Below are positions 31,086-40,384 of a stretch of DNA of 64,000 bases, in pieces. The stretch's first letter is position 1, and every line of letters starts with the position of its first letter. The DNA is from Candidatus Omnitrophota bacterium (GTDB taxonomy: Bacteria; Omnitrophota; Gorgyraeia; Gygaellales; Profunditerraquicolaceae): the NCBI GenBank assembly GCA_028716245.1, contig JAQUQW010000001.1, positions 168,793 through 232,792 on the forward strand, written 5' to 3'. Under the pieces are notes generated by a model. The model was not told where the DNA came from. It made no database searches and worked only from the letters and a program-made list of their open reading frames with translations. Both the position numbers and the translations under genes were made by a program.

Positions 31086-32078
31086 ATGGGAATAAAATGG
31101 AGAGATTTTCAGTTTCCTAAGAAACTTGAATGTGATGAGTCGACATATACTGAGACATATGGAAAATTTCAGGCGGCTCCTTTTGAAAGAGGATACGGGG
31201 TAACCCTGGGTAACTCTTTAAGAAGGGTCTTGCTTTCATCCATCGAAGGCAGCGCGGTTACGGCAATTAAAATTGCCGGAGTCTCCCATGAGTTTTCCAC
31301 TATACCCGGGGTACTTGAGGATGTGCCGGAGATTATCTTAAATATCAAAAGCCTGGTTTTGAATTCCCACTCCAAGATCCCCAAAACAATTTATTTGAAA
31401 GCGGATAAAAAGGGGGAGGTTAAGGCCAAGGATATCCAGGCGGATGAGACAATCGAGATCATTAATCCCGAGCTGCATATCGCCACCCTTACCAAGGATA
31501 CCAAGCTTTATATCGAAATGGAAGTCTCCCGCGGCAGAGGTTATGTTGCGGCTGAATTGAATAAAAAAGAAGATAAAGTCGCCGGTTTCATTGCCGTGGA
31601 TTCAATATTCACGCCGATTAAGAAGATCAACTATTATGTCGAAAATACCCGCGTAGGCCAGCGCACGGATTACGATAAGCTGATCCTTGAGATCTGGACC
31701 AATGGCAGCATTAGCCCTAAAGATGCCCTGCTCTATGCTTCCAATATTTTACAAAGGCATTTGGATATTTTTGTAAGTTTTGGCCAGCTTCCCGAGGATG
31801 TCGCTGAAGAGGAACCGGAGATGACCAAGGAAGATACGGCTTTGTATGAAAAATTAAGGCTGCCGATTTCTGAGCTTGAGCTTTCCGTGAGAAGCTCCAA
31901 TTGCTTAAGAGAAGCCGGAATAAAAACTATCGCTGATCTGGTTAAGAGAACTGAAGATGAGATGCTCAACTTTAAGAATTTCGGCAAGAAGTCGCTTACC
32001 GAGATTCAGGAGCTGCTTATGGGTATGGGGGTTAGTTTAGGGATGCAGGTCGATCCCAAGAAAATGAAGAAGGGCTAA
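31086..32078 (+). CDS. rpoA: DNA-directed RNA polymerase subunit alpha
   Basis: 330 aa; NTD plus CTD (NCLKRAGI-like SSNCLREAGIKTI). Confidence 0.95.
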   Translation: MGIKWRDFQFPKKLECDESTYTETYGKFQAAPFERGYGVTLGNSLRRVLLSSIEGSAVTAIKIAGVSHEFSTIPGVLEDVPEIILNIKSLVLNSHSKIPKTIYLKADKKGEVKAKDIQADETIEIINPELHIATLTKDTKLYIEMEVSRGRGYVAAELNKKEDKVAGFIAVDSIFTPIKKINYYVENTRVGQRTDYDKLILEIWTNGSISPKDALLYASNILQRHLDIFVSFGQLPEDVAEEEPEMTKEDTALYEKLRLPISELELSVRSSNCLREAGIKTIADLVKRTEDEMLNFKNFGKKSLTEIQELLMGMGVSLGMQVDPKKMKKG

Positions 32079-32083
32079 ATAAA

Positions 32084-32656
32084 ATGAGACACGCAAAGAA
32101 AAGGCTGCAGCTCGGACGTTTTACCAGCTGGCATGATGCGACAATAAGAAGCTTAGCCAGGAATATGATCATTTGTCAGAGTATTAAAACTACTTTGACC
32201 AGGGCCAAAGCCAGCAAACAAATGGTCGATAAGCTGATAACCTTGGCTAGGAGAAACACGCTTTTTGCCCGCAGGCAGGCGCAAAGAGTGCTCGGTGAAC
32301 ATAAATTAGTCAACCTGCTTTTTAATGAAATTGGGCCGCGTTTCGCTAACCGTAACAGTGGTTTTACCAGGATCATCAGCATCGGCAAACGCCGCGGCGA
32401 TAATGCGGAGATGGTTATTTTTGAACTTACGGAATTAAAGAAAAAAGAACCTAAAAAAACTAAATTGGCCAAAGAAGCCAAACCGCAGGCAACCCAAGAA
32501 GTGGAAGAGGTTAGCGAAGAGAAAATCGCCCAGGAAGAGAAAAAGCAGGCGCCCAAGGCGGTAACTAAAGAAGCTCCGGTTGACCAGAAAAAGCCGCAGA
32601 AGAAGTTTATGGGAGGCTTGCGGACCATATTTAGAAAGAAAAGTGATTCTTTGTAA
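32084..32656 (+). CDS. rplQ: 50S ribosomal protein L17 (with ~65-aa Lys/Glu-rich C-terminal extension)
   Basis: L17 core at the N-terminus followed by a low-complexity tail. Confidence 0.9.
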   Translation: MRHAKKRLQLGRFTSWHDATIRSLARNMIICQSIKTTLTRAKASKQMVDKLITLARRNTLFARRQAQRVLGEHKLVNLLFNEIGPRFANRNSGFTRIISIGKRRGDNAEMVIFELTELKKKEPKKTKLAKEAKPQATQEVEEVSEEKIAQEEKKQAPKAVTKEAPVDQKKPQKKFMGGLRTIFRKKSDSL

Positions 32657-32673
32657 ATTGAAGAAAAACTTTT

Positions 32674-33849
32674 ATGAAAATAGATACTCGGCTTGCTGAG
32701 CGCCTAAAAAAAATACATCCTTCCTCGACATTAGCGATAACCTCTAAAGCTAAAAAGCTTAAAAGCGAAGGCAAGGATATTGTTAATTTTGCCGCCGGTG
32801 AGCCGGATTTTGACACGCCGGATTTTATAAAGGACGCGGCAATTGCGGCAATTACTTCCGGATTCACCAAATATACCCCCACCACCGGTATCCCCGAACT
32901 AAAAAAGCTCATTTGCCAGAAATTCAAAAAAGATAATTCATTAGAATATTCTCCGGACCAGATTATAGTTTCTAACGGGGCAAAGCATAGTATTTATAAC
33001 GCCCTGATGGTGCTTTTAAATCGCGCTGACGAAGTGCTTATCCCTTTGCCCTATTGGGTTAGTTATCCTGAAATGACCAGCCTTTGTGAGGCAAGCGCCC
33101 GTTTCATCAAGATATCCGCGGCAAGCAATTTTAAAATTTCCGCAAAGGAACTCCTTAAGCATATTAGCCCTAAAACCAAAGTACTTATTCTTAACAACCC
33201 GTCAAATCCTACCGGTTCAGTTTATGATAGGCAGGAGCTTGAGGAGATAGCTAAAATCTGCGTGGATAAGAATATTTTTGTAATTAGCGATGAGATTTAT
33301 GAAAAGATTACTTTTGACGGCCTAAAACATAATTCAATTGCCAGCTTCAATAAAGATATTTATAACCTGACCATTACGGTTAACGGCCTGTCCAAAAGCC
33401 ATTCCATGACCGGCTGGCGTATCGGTTATCTGGGCGCGCCAGGCGATATTGCCAATGCCATTTCAAACTTACAGGATCACTCAACCTCTAATCCTAATTC
33501 CATCGCCCAGAAAGCAGCGGTAGCCGCCTTAAGCGCCCCGGAAGATTTTACGCATAAATTGTGCCAGGAGTTTTCTAAAAGAAGGGATTACCTGGCTTTA
33601 AGGTTAAAGGGAATTAAGAATTTAAGTTTTTCTCTGCCGCAAGGCGCGTTTTATGTGTTTTGCGATATTTCTAAAACCGGCCTTGATTCTTTGACTTTTT
33701 CCAAGCGCCTGCTTGATGAAGAATATGTCAGCCTTATTCCCGGAATCAGTTTTGGCATGGATGACCATATCAGGATAAGTTTTGCCACAAGTATGGAAGA
33801 ATTGCAGAAAGGCATGGATAGGTTGGAAAAGTGGGTAACAAAATTATGA
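32674..33849 (+). CDS. class I PLP-dependent aminotransferase (aspartate aminotransferase-like)
   Basis: SKSHSMTGWRIGY PLP-lysine motif; 391 aa. It starts only 17 nt after rplQ. Confidence 0.8.
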   Translation: MKIDTRLAERLKKIHPSSTLAITSKAKKLKSEGKDIVNFAAGEPDFDTPDFIKDAAIAAITSGFTKYTPTTGIPELKKLICQKFKKDNSLEYSPDQIIVSNGAKHSIYNALMVLLNRADEVLIPLPYWVSYPEMTSLCEASARFIKISAASNFKISAKELLKHISPKTKVLILNNPSNPTGSVYDRQELEEIAKICVDKNIFVISDEIYEKITFDGLKHNSIASFNKDIYNLTITVNGLSKSHSMTGWRIGYLGAPGDIANAISNLQDHSTSNPNSIAQKAAVAALSAPEDFTHKLCQEFSKRRDYLALRLKGIKNLSFSLPQGAFYVFCDISKTGLDSLTFSKRLLDEEYVSLIPGISFGMDDHIRISFATSMEELQKGMDRLEKWVTKL

Positions 33850-35102
33850 ACCAAGCGACTATAGCTGAAAAAATATTAAGCCGGCATGCGGGCAAAACTT
33901 TGCGCGCGGGAGATTTTGCGGTCTGCAAAATTGATTTTGCTTTTGGCCAGGATGGAACATCCTCGATAATCATCGACCGGATTAAAGATTTGGGGGTAAA
34001 AAAATTAAGAACTAAGTTTTGTATGGTAATTGACCATAGCGCCCCCAGCCCCAGCGAAGGGGTATCCCGGGTGCATCAGAAGATGCGCGATTTTTCGCAG
34101 GATTTTAACACGGAAATTTTCGATATCGGCTGCGGGGTTTGCCATCAGGTCATCCCTGAATCGGGAAATGTTTTGCCCGGAGATTTAGTTTTAGGGGCAG
34201 ATTCCCATACTTGTACTTACGGGGCCCTGGGAGCATTCTCCACGGGTGTGGGGTCTACGGACTTGGCGATAGCTTTAGCTACGGGAAAAAATTGGTTTAA
34301 AGTCCCGGCAACCGTAAAAATTATCGTTACGGGAAAACTTCCCAAAGGAGTTTTTGCTAAGGATATAATTTTGTATATAATCGGCAAATTAAAAAGTGAC
34401 GGGGCTACGTATAAAGCAGTTGAATTTTACGGCCCGGTGATTAATAATATGGGTATGGATGGCCGGTTCACTATTGCCAACATGCTGGTTGAGATGGGGG
34501 CAAAAACAGGTTTTTTGCCGGTCGATGCTAAAACTATTAGCTGGTTAAAATCGCGGGTTTCCGGCAAGAGGCGCATTGAAAATATTACCGCAGATAATGG
34601 CGCTCTTTATGAGAGTGTTTATGAGTTTGATATCTCTAAACTCAAGCCGATGGTTTCGATGCCGCATAGCGTAGATAATACTACGGAGGCAGAAACTTTG
34701 AAGAAGGTAAAAATAAACGAAGCTTTTTTGGGCACCTGTACTAACGGCCGGATTGATGACCTTAAGGTAGCGGCAAAAATTTTAAATAAACGCAAGGTTT
34801 CTCCGGAAGTTAAGTTGATCATTGCTCCGAGTTCCCGCAGTGTCTATCTGGAGGCTTTAAAACTTGGTTTGGTTGAGGTATTTATCAAATCCGGCGCAGT
34901 CATTGTCGCTCCGGGCTGCGGCCCTTGCGTGGGTACGCATAACGGTATTCCCAGCGATGGAGAAGTAGTGATTTCAACCGCAAACCGTAATTTTAAAGGC
35001 AGGATGGGCAACCCTTCGGCTTTTATTTATTTGGCTTCTCCGGCTACGGTGGCAGCTTCTGCGCTTAAGGGCCATATCAGTGATCCCAGAGATTATTTCT
35101 AG
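33846..35102 (+). CDS. small-type 3-isopropylmalate/homoaconitate dehydratase large subunit (LeuC/HacA family)
   Basis: Aconitase-family Fe-S cysteines (CGPCVG, CTNGR); ~420 aa archaeal-type length. ATGA overlap with the aminotransferase. Confidence 0.8.
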   Translation: MNQATIAEKILSRHAGKTLRAGDFAVCKIDFAFGQDGTSSIIIDRIKDLGVKKLRTKFCMVIDHSAPSPSEGVSRVHQKMRDFSQDFNTEIFDIGCGVCHQVIPESGNVLPGDLVLGADSHTCTYGALGAFSTGVGSTDLAIALATGKNWFKVPATVKIIVTGKLPKGVFAKDIILYIIGKLKSDGATYKAVEFYGPVINNMGMDGRFTIANMLVEMGAKTGFLPVDAKTISWLKSRVSGKRRIENITADNGALYESVYEFDISKLKPMVSMPHSVDNTTEAETLKKVKINEAFLGTCTNGRIDDLKVAAKILNKRKVSPEVKLIIAPSSRSVYLEALKLGLVEVFIKSGAVIVAPGCGPCVGTHNGIPSDGEVVISTANRNFKGRMGNPSAFIYLASPATVAASALKGHISDPRDYF

Positions 35103-35103
35103 C

Positions 35104-35202
35104 TACCCCGCGCTTAGCGAGGCACCCGACGCTAATAGGTATTGCGTCGGTGTGCGCTAGGTAGCGCAAATTGCGCGGGTGTTGTCTATGTAGACAAGGA
35201 GG
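35104..35202 (+). repeat. compound/nested GC-hairpin repeat element upstream of pilT
   Basis: The outer CCCCGCGC...GCGCGGG stem encloses an inner variant copy (CCGACGC-taataggtatt-GCGTCGG) plus a GCGCTA/TAGCGC hairpin. Hairpin 2 is TGTCTA-tg-TAGACA, followed by AGGAGG. Confidence 0.75.
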
Positions 35203-35207
35203 TATTA

Positions 35208-36254
35208 ATGGAAATTCGCGATTTGCTTTTAATGTGTATTGAAAAGGGCGCTTCGGATTTACATATTACGGAAAATGAACCGCCGATCTTACGCATTGAC
35301 GGCAGGTTATTGCGCACAGATCTGGAGAAATTAGATAAGCCGAATTTAAAGAAAATGATCCATAGTGTTCTTTCTAATTCCCAGAAAGAGGTTTTTGAGC
35401 GTGAGTTAGAACTTGATTTTTCGCTTGCCCTGCCGGGTATGGATCGTTTTCGCGTAAATGTCCATTTGCAGAAAGGCGCGGTAGAAGCGGCTTTTCGCCG
35501 TATCCCGATAGAGATACCCACCGTGGCAAAATTAGGCCTGCCGAAGATTATAAGCGATTTAGCGCGTAAGCCAAACGGTTTAGTTTTGGTAACCGGGCCT
35601 ACAGGCATGGGCAAGACCACTACCTTAGCGGCAATGATTGACCTTATCAATACCGAACGGGAATGTTTGATTACCTGTATCGAAGACCCGATCGAATTCA
35701 TCTATAACAATAAAAAGAGCGTCGTTAAACAGCGCGAGGTTTATTCGGATACGCATTCTTTTGCCGAAGCCTTGCGCCACGCCCTGCGCCAGGATCCCAA
35801 TGTTATTGTAGTCGGGGAAATGCGCGACTTAGAAACTATATCCACTGCTTTAACTGCGGCGGAAACCGGGCACCTTGTTTTAGCCACCTTGCACACGCCG
35901 GATGCCCCGCAAACCATTTCCAGGATTATCGATGTTTTCCCGCCGCATCAGCAGACCCAGGTTAAATTGCAGCTTTCGGATTGTTTGCAGGGAGTAATCT
36001 CGCAGCTTTTGCTTCCGCACGCATCAGGCAAAGGAAGGGTGCTGGCTACGGAGATTATGGTGGCAACATCCAGTATCCGCAATCTTATCCGCGAGCAGCA
36101 GATAGAGCAGATCCCGACAATGATGCAAACAGGTTTACAGTATGGCATGAATACTATGGACAGCTGCCTGAAAGATTTGACGCAAAGAGGATTGATCACT
36201 TTGGATGTGGCCATGTCTAAAGTAAAGAATAGGGAAGAGTTTAAACAACTATGA
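35208..36254 (+). CDS. pilT: PilT-like type IV pilus retraction ATPase (orphan)
   Basis: GPTGMGKTTT Walker A, DPIEF, PilT N-terminus MEIRDLL..GASDLHIT. True start is 35208 after AGGAGG. Confidence 0.8.
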   Translation: MEIRDLLLMCIEKGASDLHITENEPPILRIDGRLLRTDLEKLDKPNLKKMIHSVLSNSQKEVFERELELDFSLALPGMDRFRVNVHLQKGAVEAAFRRIPIEIPTVAKLGLPKIISDLARKPNGLVLVTGPTGMGKTTTLAAMIDLINTERECLITCIEDPIEFIYNNKKSVVKQREVYSDTHSFAEALRHALRQDPNVIVVGEMRDLETISTALTAAETGHLVLATLHTPDAPQTISRIIDVFPPHQQTQVKLQLSDCLQGVISQLLLPHASGKGRVLATEIMVATSSIRNLIREQQIEQIPTMMQTGLQYGMNTMDSCLKDLTQRGLITLDVAMSKVKNREEFKQL

Positions 36255-36751
36255 GTATTGAAGGCAAAAGCGTAAAACTCGGGGATAATATAAATACGGA
36301 TTTTATTATTTCCGGAAGGTATAAGTTTGCCATTACCGATATAAAGGAACTGGCCAAACACATCATGGAGGATATTGATCCGAATTTTCCGCAAAAGATT
36401 GTTCCGGGTAAAACCATTATTGTCGCCGGCAATAACTTTGGCATGGGCTCAAGCCGCGAACAGGCCCCGCTGGTAATCAAAGAGGCCGGGATTGTGGCGG
36501 TCCTATCCCCCCAATTCGCGCGCATATTTTTCCGCAATAGTTTTAATATCGGTCTGCCTTTAATTGAAACTGATACCAGCAAAATCGAGGAGGCCGACCA
36601 GCTGCAAATCGATTTAGATAAAGGCTTGGTAAAAAATCTAACCAAAGGCATTGATTTAGAAATTAAACCCCTGCCTAAATTCATGCAGGACCTTTTAAGC
36701 GAAGGCGGCATAATTAATTATTATAAAAAACACGGAGAACTTAAACTTTAA
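36251..36751 (+). CDS. 3-isopropylmalate/homoaconitate dehydratase small subunit (LeuD/HacB family)
   Basis: GDNINTDFIISGRYKF motif; 166 aa small type. Confidence 0.8.
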   Translation: MSIEGKSVKLGDNINTDFIISGRYKFAITDIKELAKHIMEDIDPNFPQKIVPGKTIIVAGNNFGMGSSREQAPLVIKEAGIVAVLSPQFARIFFRNSFNIGLPLIETDTSKIEEADQLQIDLDKGLVKNLTKGIDLEIKPLPKFMQDLLSEGGIINYYKKHGELKL

Positions 36752-37834
36752 ATGCAGCATAAGATAACCCTGATTCCCGGCGATGGTATTGGATATGAAG
36801 TTTCTCTTGCGGCGACTCGCTGCATCGAGGCGACAGGGGTTAATATCAAGTGGGATAATGTGCTTGCTGGTTCCGATGCCCTTGACAAAACCGGGGAGCT
36901 TCTGCCGCAGAGCGCGCTGGATTCAATTAAGAAAAATAAGGTTGCCCTTAAAGGGCCGATTACCACGCCCATTGGCACCGGATTTCGTTCGGTCAATGTG
37001 GCGATCAGGCAGGCCCTGGATCTTTATGCCTGCTTGCGCCCGGCCAAAAGTTATTTGGGGGTAAATAGCCGTTTTAAAGATATTGACCTGGTTATTGTCC
37101 GGGAAAACAGCGAAGATCTTTACGCCGGAATAGAGTTTGAAGAGGGCAAACCTGAAACTAAAAACCTGATCGCCCAGATACAAAAAGACACCAAAAGGCT
37201 GATCCGCCCGGATTCCGGGATAAGCATCAAACCAATATCTAAATTTGCCTCAGAGAGGATTGTAAGATTTGCCTTTGAGTATGCTTTAAAAAATAAACGC
37301 AAAAAAGTTACTTGCGTGCATAAGGCAAATATTATGAAATTTACCGACGGCCTGTTTTTAAAGGTTGCCCGGGAAGTTGCCCAAAAGTATACCGGAAAAA
37401 TAATTTTTGAGGAAGCAATTGTAGATAATATGTGTATGCAGCTAGTCCAGAAGCCGCATAATTATGATGTTTTGGTGTTGCCTAATCTTTACGGGGATAT
37501 TATTTCTGATCTTTGCGCCGGGCTTATCGGCGGCCTAGGAATTGCGCCCGGGGCAAATATCGGTACGGATCTGGCGGTTTTTGAGGCTGTGCATGGTTCT
37601 GCTCCAAAATATAAAGGGAAGAATAAAGTCAATCCCACTGCGATGATCTTATCAGGAGTTTTAATGCTGCGCTATATTAATGAAGAAGAAGCGGCAGACA
37701 GATTAGAAGAAGCGGTAAAACAGGTGATTGTCGAAGGAAAATTTGTAACCTATGATTTAAAAGCTGACCCGCTTGATCCGGGCGCTGTTGGTACCGCGCA
37801 GATGGCCGAGGCTATCATTGGCAAGTTAAAATAA
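36752..37834 (+). CDS. isocitrate/isopropylmalate dehydrogenase family, IDH-like
   Basis: SVNVAIRQALDLYACLRP closely resembles the IDH signature (NVALRQELDLYICLRP). GDGIG and Mg ligands present. Confidence 0.75.
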   Translation: MQHKITLIPGDGIGYEVSLAATRCIEATGVNIKWDNVLAGSDALDKTGELLPQSALDSIKKNKVALKGPITTPIGTGFRSVNVAIRQALDLYACLRPAKSYLGVNSRFKDIDLVIVRENSEDLYAGIEFEEGKPETKNLIAQIQKDTKRLIRPDSGISIKPISKFASERIVRFAFEYALKNKRKKVTCVHKANIMKFTDGLFLKVAREVAQKYTGKIIFEEAIVDNMCMQLVQKPHNYDVLVLPNLYGDIISDLCAGLIGGLGIAPGANIGTDLAVFEAVHGSAPKYKGKNKVNPTAMILSGVLMLRYINEEEAADRLEEAVKQVIVEGKFVTYDLKADPLDPGAVGTAQMAEAIIGKLK

Positions 37835-37844
37835 ACATAAACTT

Positions 37845-38765
37845 ATGAAAATTACGATAATTGGCGCAGGAAACGTGGGGAGCCTGACGGCAATGCGCAT
37901 CGCCCAGGATGGATTGGGCGATGTTTTGCTTATTGATATCGTAAAGGGGCTGGCGCATGGGAAGGCTCTGGATTTAGAGGATGCCCGGCCGCTTCTAAAA
38001 TATAATTATAATATTAAAGGCAGCGATGATATCGCTCAACTTAAGGATTCGGATATCGTGGTGGTTACCGCGGGCCTGGCGCGTAAACCCGGGATGAGCC
38101 GTGAAGAATTATTGGCAAAGAATGCCCAGATTTTAAAAGGGGTATGCTTGAATATAAAAGAGCTGGCCAAGAAGGCGATTGTTGTAATCGTCACCAATCC
38201 TTTGGATATTATGACTTTTTATGCCCTAAAAATTACCGGTTTTAAGCCCGGTAAGCTTTTTGGCATGGGGATTAGTTTAGATACTGCTCGATTTGTCAAT
38301 TTGATCGCTGGCGAATTAAATTTACCGGCTACGGACATCGAGGCGTTAGTGATTGGCGCCCACGGTGAAGGCATGCTTCCTTTGCCGGGATTGGCCAAAG
38401 TCAAGGGTGTGGGGTTAGATGAATTTATCAGCGACGATAAAATTGAATCGTTAGTCAGCCGCACAATCGGCAGGGGCGCGGAGATTGTTGCCAATCTTGG
38501 TACAGGGAGCGCGTTTTTTGCTCCGTCAGCGGCAATCGCGGCAATCGTTAAAACAATAGTCAAGGATGAAAAACGCACCATTGGATTGTGCAGCTATCTA
38601 AACGGAGAATACGGTATCAAGGACAGCTGTATAGGAGTACCTTGCCGCCTAGGCAAGGATGGTATCGAACAGGTTATTCAACTGGATCTTTCGCCGGAAG
38701 AAAAAAGCAGGCTGGGTAAATCCGCGCAGCTTGTAGCCGCGGCCGCAGCGCAATTATTGGCTTAA
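37845..38765 (+). CDS. mdh: malate (lactate-like) dehydrogenase
   Basis: IIGAGNVG Rossmann motif; LDH-like MDH family; 306 aa. Confidence 0.8.
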   Translation: MKITIIGAGNVGSLTAMRIAQDGLGDVLLIDIVKGLAHGKALDLEDARPLLKYNYNIKGSDDIAQLKDSDIVVVTAGLARKPGMSREELLAKNAQILKGVCLNIKELAKKAIVVIVTNPLDIMTFYALKITGFKPGKLFGMGISLDTARFVNLIAGELNLPATDIEALVIGAHGEGMLPLPGLAKVKGVGLDEFISDDKIESLVSRTIGRGAEIVANLGTGSAFFAPSAAIAAIVKTIVKDEKRTIGLCSYLNGEYGIKDSCIGVPCRLGKDGIEQVIQLDLSPEEKSRLGKSAQLVAAAAAQLLA

Positions 38766-38774
38766 ACCATACCT

Positions 38775-40058
38775 ATGTATGATCTGGCTGTCATTGGAGC
38801 AGGCTGGGCAGGTTTTAACGCTGCCCTAAGAGCAAAAGAGCTGGGCCTAAAAGTTTGCCTTATTGAATCCGGCCAGATTGGCGGAACCTGCCTTAATTAC
38901 GGATGTATTCCTACCAAAGCATTAATCGCTTGCGCGAAAATATTCCAGCTGGCTAAAAAAGCACCGGGTTTTGGGGTAGAGCTGGATAATCCGCGGTTTA
39001 ATTTCATAAAAATCCAGGAAAGAAAAAATAAAATCGTCTGGGACCTTGCCCAGGGGATGCGCAGCAGGCTTGCCGGGATTGATTTTATCGAATCATCCGC
39101 CCGGATTAATTCTCCCGATGAAATAAAAACCGATGGCCGCCTGATTAACAGTAAGTTTATACTTATTTCAACCGGCAGCCGCTGTACCCAGTTGCCCGGG
39201 TTAAAATTTGATCAAGAGAAAATAATTTCCAGCGACCAAGCCTTGGTTTTATCGGAAGTTCCGCAGTCTTTATTAATTGTTGGAGGAGGAGTGATTGGCT
39301 GTGAATTCGCCAATCTTTTCTCTATTTTAGGCAGTAAGGTGGCCATTGTTGAAAAGATGCCGCTTCTTTTACCGGGAGAGGACCGGGATATAGCCAGGAA
39401 GATAGAGGTTATTTTTAAGAAAAGAGGAATTGAGGTAACTACCGGCGCGGATATCGCTAATTTCAATTTAGAAGATTATTCCCGGGTTTTGGTTTGCGTA
39501 GGCAGGGCTGCTAACACCGGTGGCTTAGGTTTGGGGGAGTTAGGCGTAAAATTAGAGAATAACCGGATAATGGTTGATGATTATCTAAGGAGCAGTGTTT
39601 CCAATATCTACGCGGCAGGAGATTGCGCCTCCAAGATAATGCTTGCTCATTACGCGGCTTATCAGGGGAGAATAGCGGTTGAAAATATGGTTTCAAATAA
39701 CAAACATAAGGCGGACAATAAGGTTGTGCCGGCCTGCATATTTAGCGAACCCCAGATTGCCAGCGTCGGCTTAAATGAAGAGAAGGCCCTGGCCGCGGGC
39801 TTGTTGGTTAAGGTCCATAAGTTTGATTTTCGCGCCAGCGCCATGGCCCGTATCATCGATGAGGCCGAAGGATTTATTAAGGTCATTAGCAATCAAGAAA
39901 CCCAAGAGGTGCTCGGCGCCAGCATAATTGGGCCGCTTGCCAGCGAGTTAATTGCCATTCTCTCTATGGCAATTTCGGCACATTTAACTGTTGCCCAGAT
40001 CCGCGCGATGATCTTCGCGCACCCGACTCTCTCTGAATCAATACATGAAACTGTTTAA
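38775..40058 (+). CDS. dihydrolipoamide dehydrogenase-like FAD/NAD(P) disulfide oxidoreductase
   Basis: GGTCLNYGCIPTK redox-active disulfide; C-terminal dimerization domain (HPTLSE). Confidence 0.8.
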   Translation: MYDLAVIGAGWAGFNAALRAKELGLKVCLIESGQIGGTCLNYGCIPTKALIACAKIFQLAKKAPGFGVELDNPRFNFIKIQERKNKIVWDLAQGMRSRLAGIDFIESSARINSPDEIKTDGRLINSKFILISTGSRCTQLPGLKFDQEKIISSDQALVLSEVPQSLLIVGGGVIGCEFANLFSILGSKVAIVEKMPLLLPGEDRDIARKIEVIFKKRGIEVTTGADIANFNLEDYSRVLVCVGRAANTGGLGLGELGVKLENNRIMVDDYLRSSVSNIYAAGDCASKIMLAHYAAYQGRIAVENMVSNNKHKADNKVVPACIFSEPQIASVGLNEEKALAAGLLVKVHKFDFRASAMARIIDEAEGFIKVISNQETQEVLGASIIGPLASELIAILSMAISAHLTVAQIRAMIFAHPTLSESIHETV

Positions 40059-40073
40059 ACCCTGGAGGTTACC

Positions 40074-40310
40074 ATGATGAAAGTGGTGCTGCCTGAATTA
40101 GGGGAAGGTATTACTAAAGCTACCGTCTCGTATTGGTTTTTTAAGGACGGGGAAAGAGTCAGCCAGAACGATGATCTGGTGGAATTAACTACCGATAAAA
40201 CTACCTTTAATCTGCCCAGCCCCTGTACCGGAGTAATCTGTGAAATAATGTATAGCGAAGGCGAAAGCGTCAATGTGGGCCAGACATTGGCAGTAATTAA
40301 CGAAGCCTAA
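40074..40310 (+). CDS. stand-alone lipoyl-attachment domain protein (78 aa)
   Basis: PELGEG...ELTTDKTT...PSPCTGVICEI matches an E2-type lipoyl domain with the lipoyl-lysine in TDKTT. No catalytic domain. Confidence 0.7.
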   Translation: MMKVVLPELGEGITKATVSYWFFKDGERVSQNDDLVELTTDKTTFNLPSPCTGVICEIMYSEGESVNVGQTLAVINEA

Positions 40311-40319
40311 CCATTCTTA

Positions 40320-40354
40320 TTGACAAGGCAGTACTTCTTTAGTATATATAATTA
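40320..40354 (+). promoter_or_regulatory. putative sigma70 promoter for the GAF-HD-GYP gene
   Basis: TTGACA, 17-nt spacer, TATATA upstream of the ATG at 40385. Confidence 0.4.
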
Positions 40355-40384
40355 TTATGGATAAGCTAAGGTATGGATAAATAA

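Noticed and set aside
35142-35207. Upstream extension of the pilT ORF (MRRCALGSANCAGVVYVDKEVL)
   Set aside because: It is encoded by the nested repeat element. The PilT homology begins at MEIRDLL after AGGAGG.
36923-37302. Minus-strand and alternative-frame ORFs inside the IDH-like gene
   Set aside because: Shadow ORFs; the + strand frame has strong family signatures.
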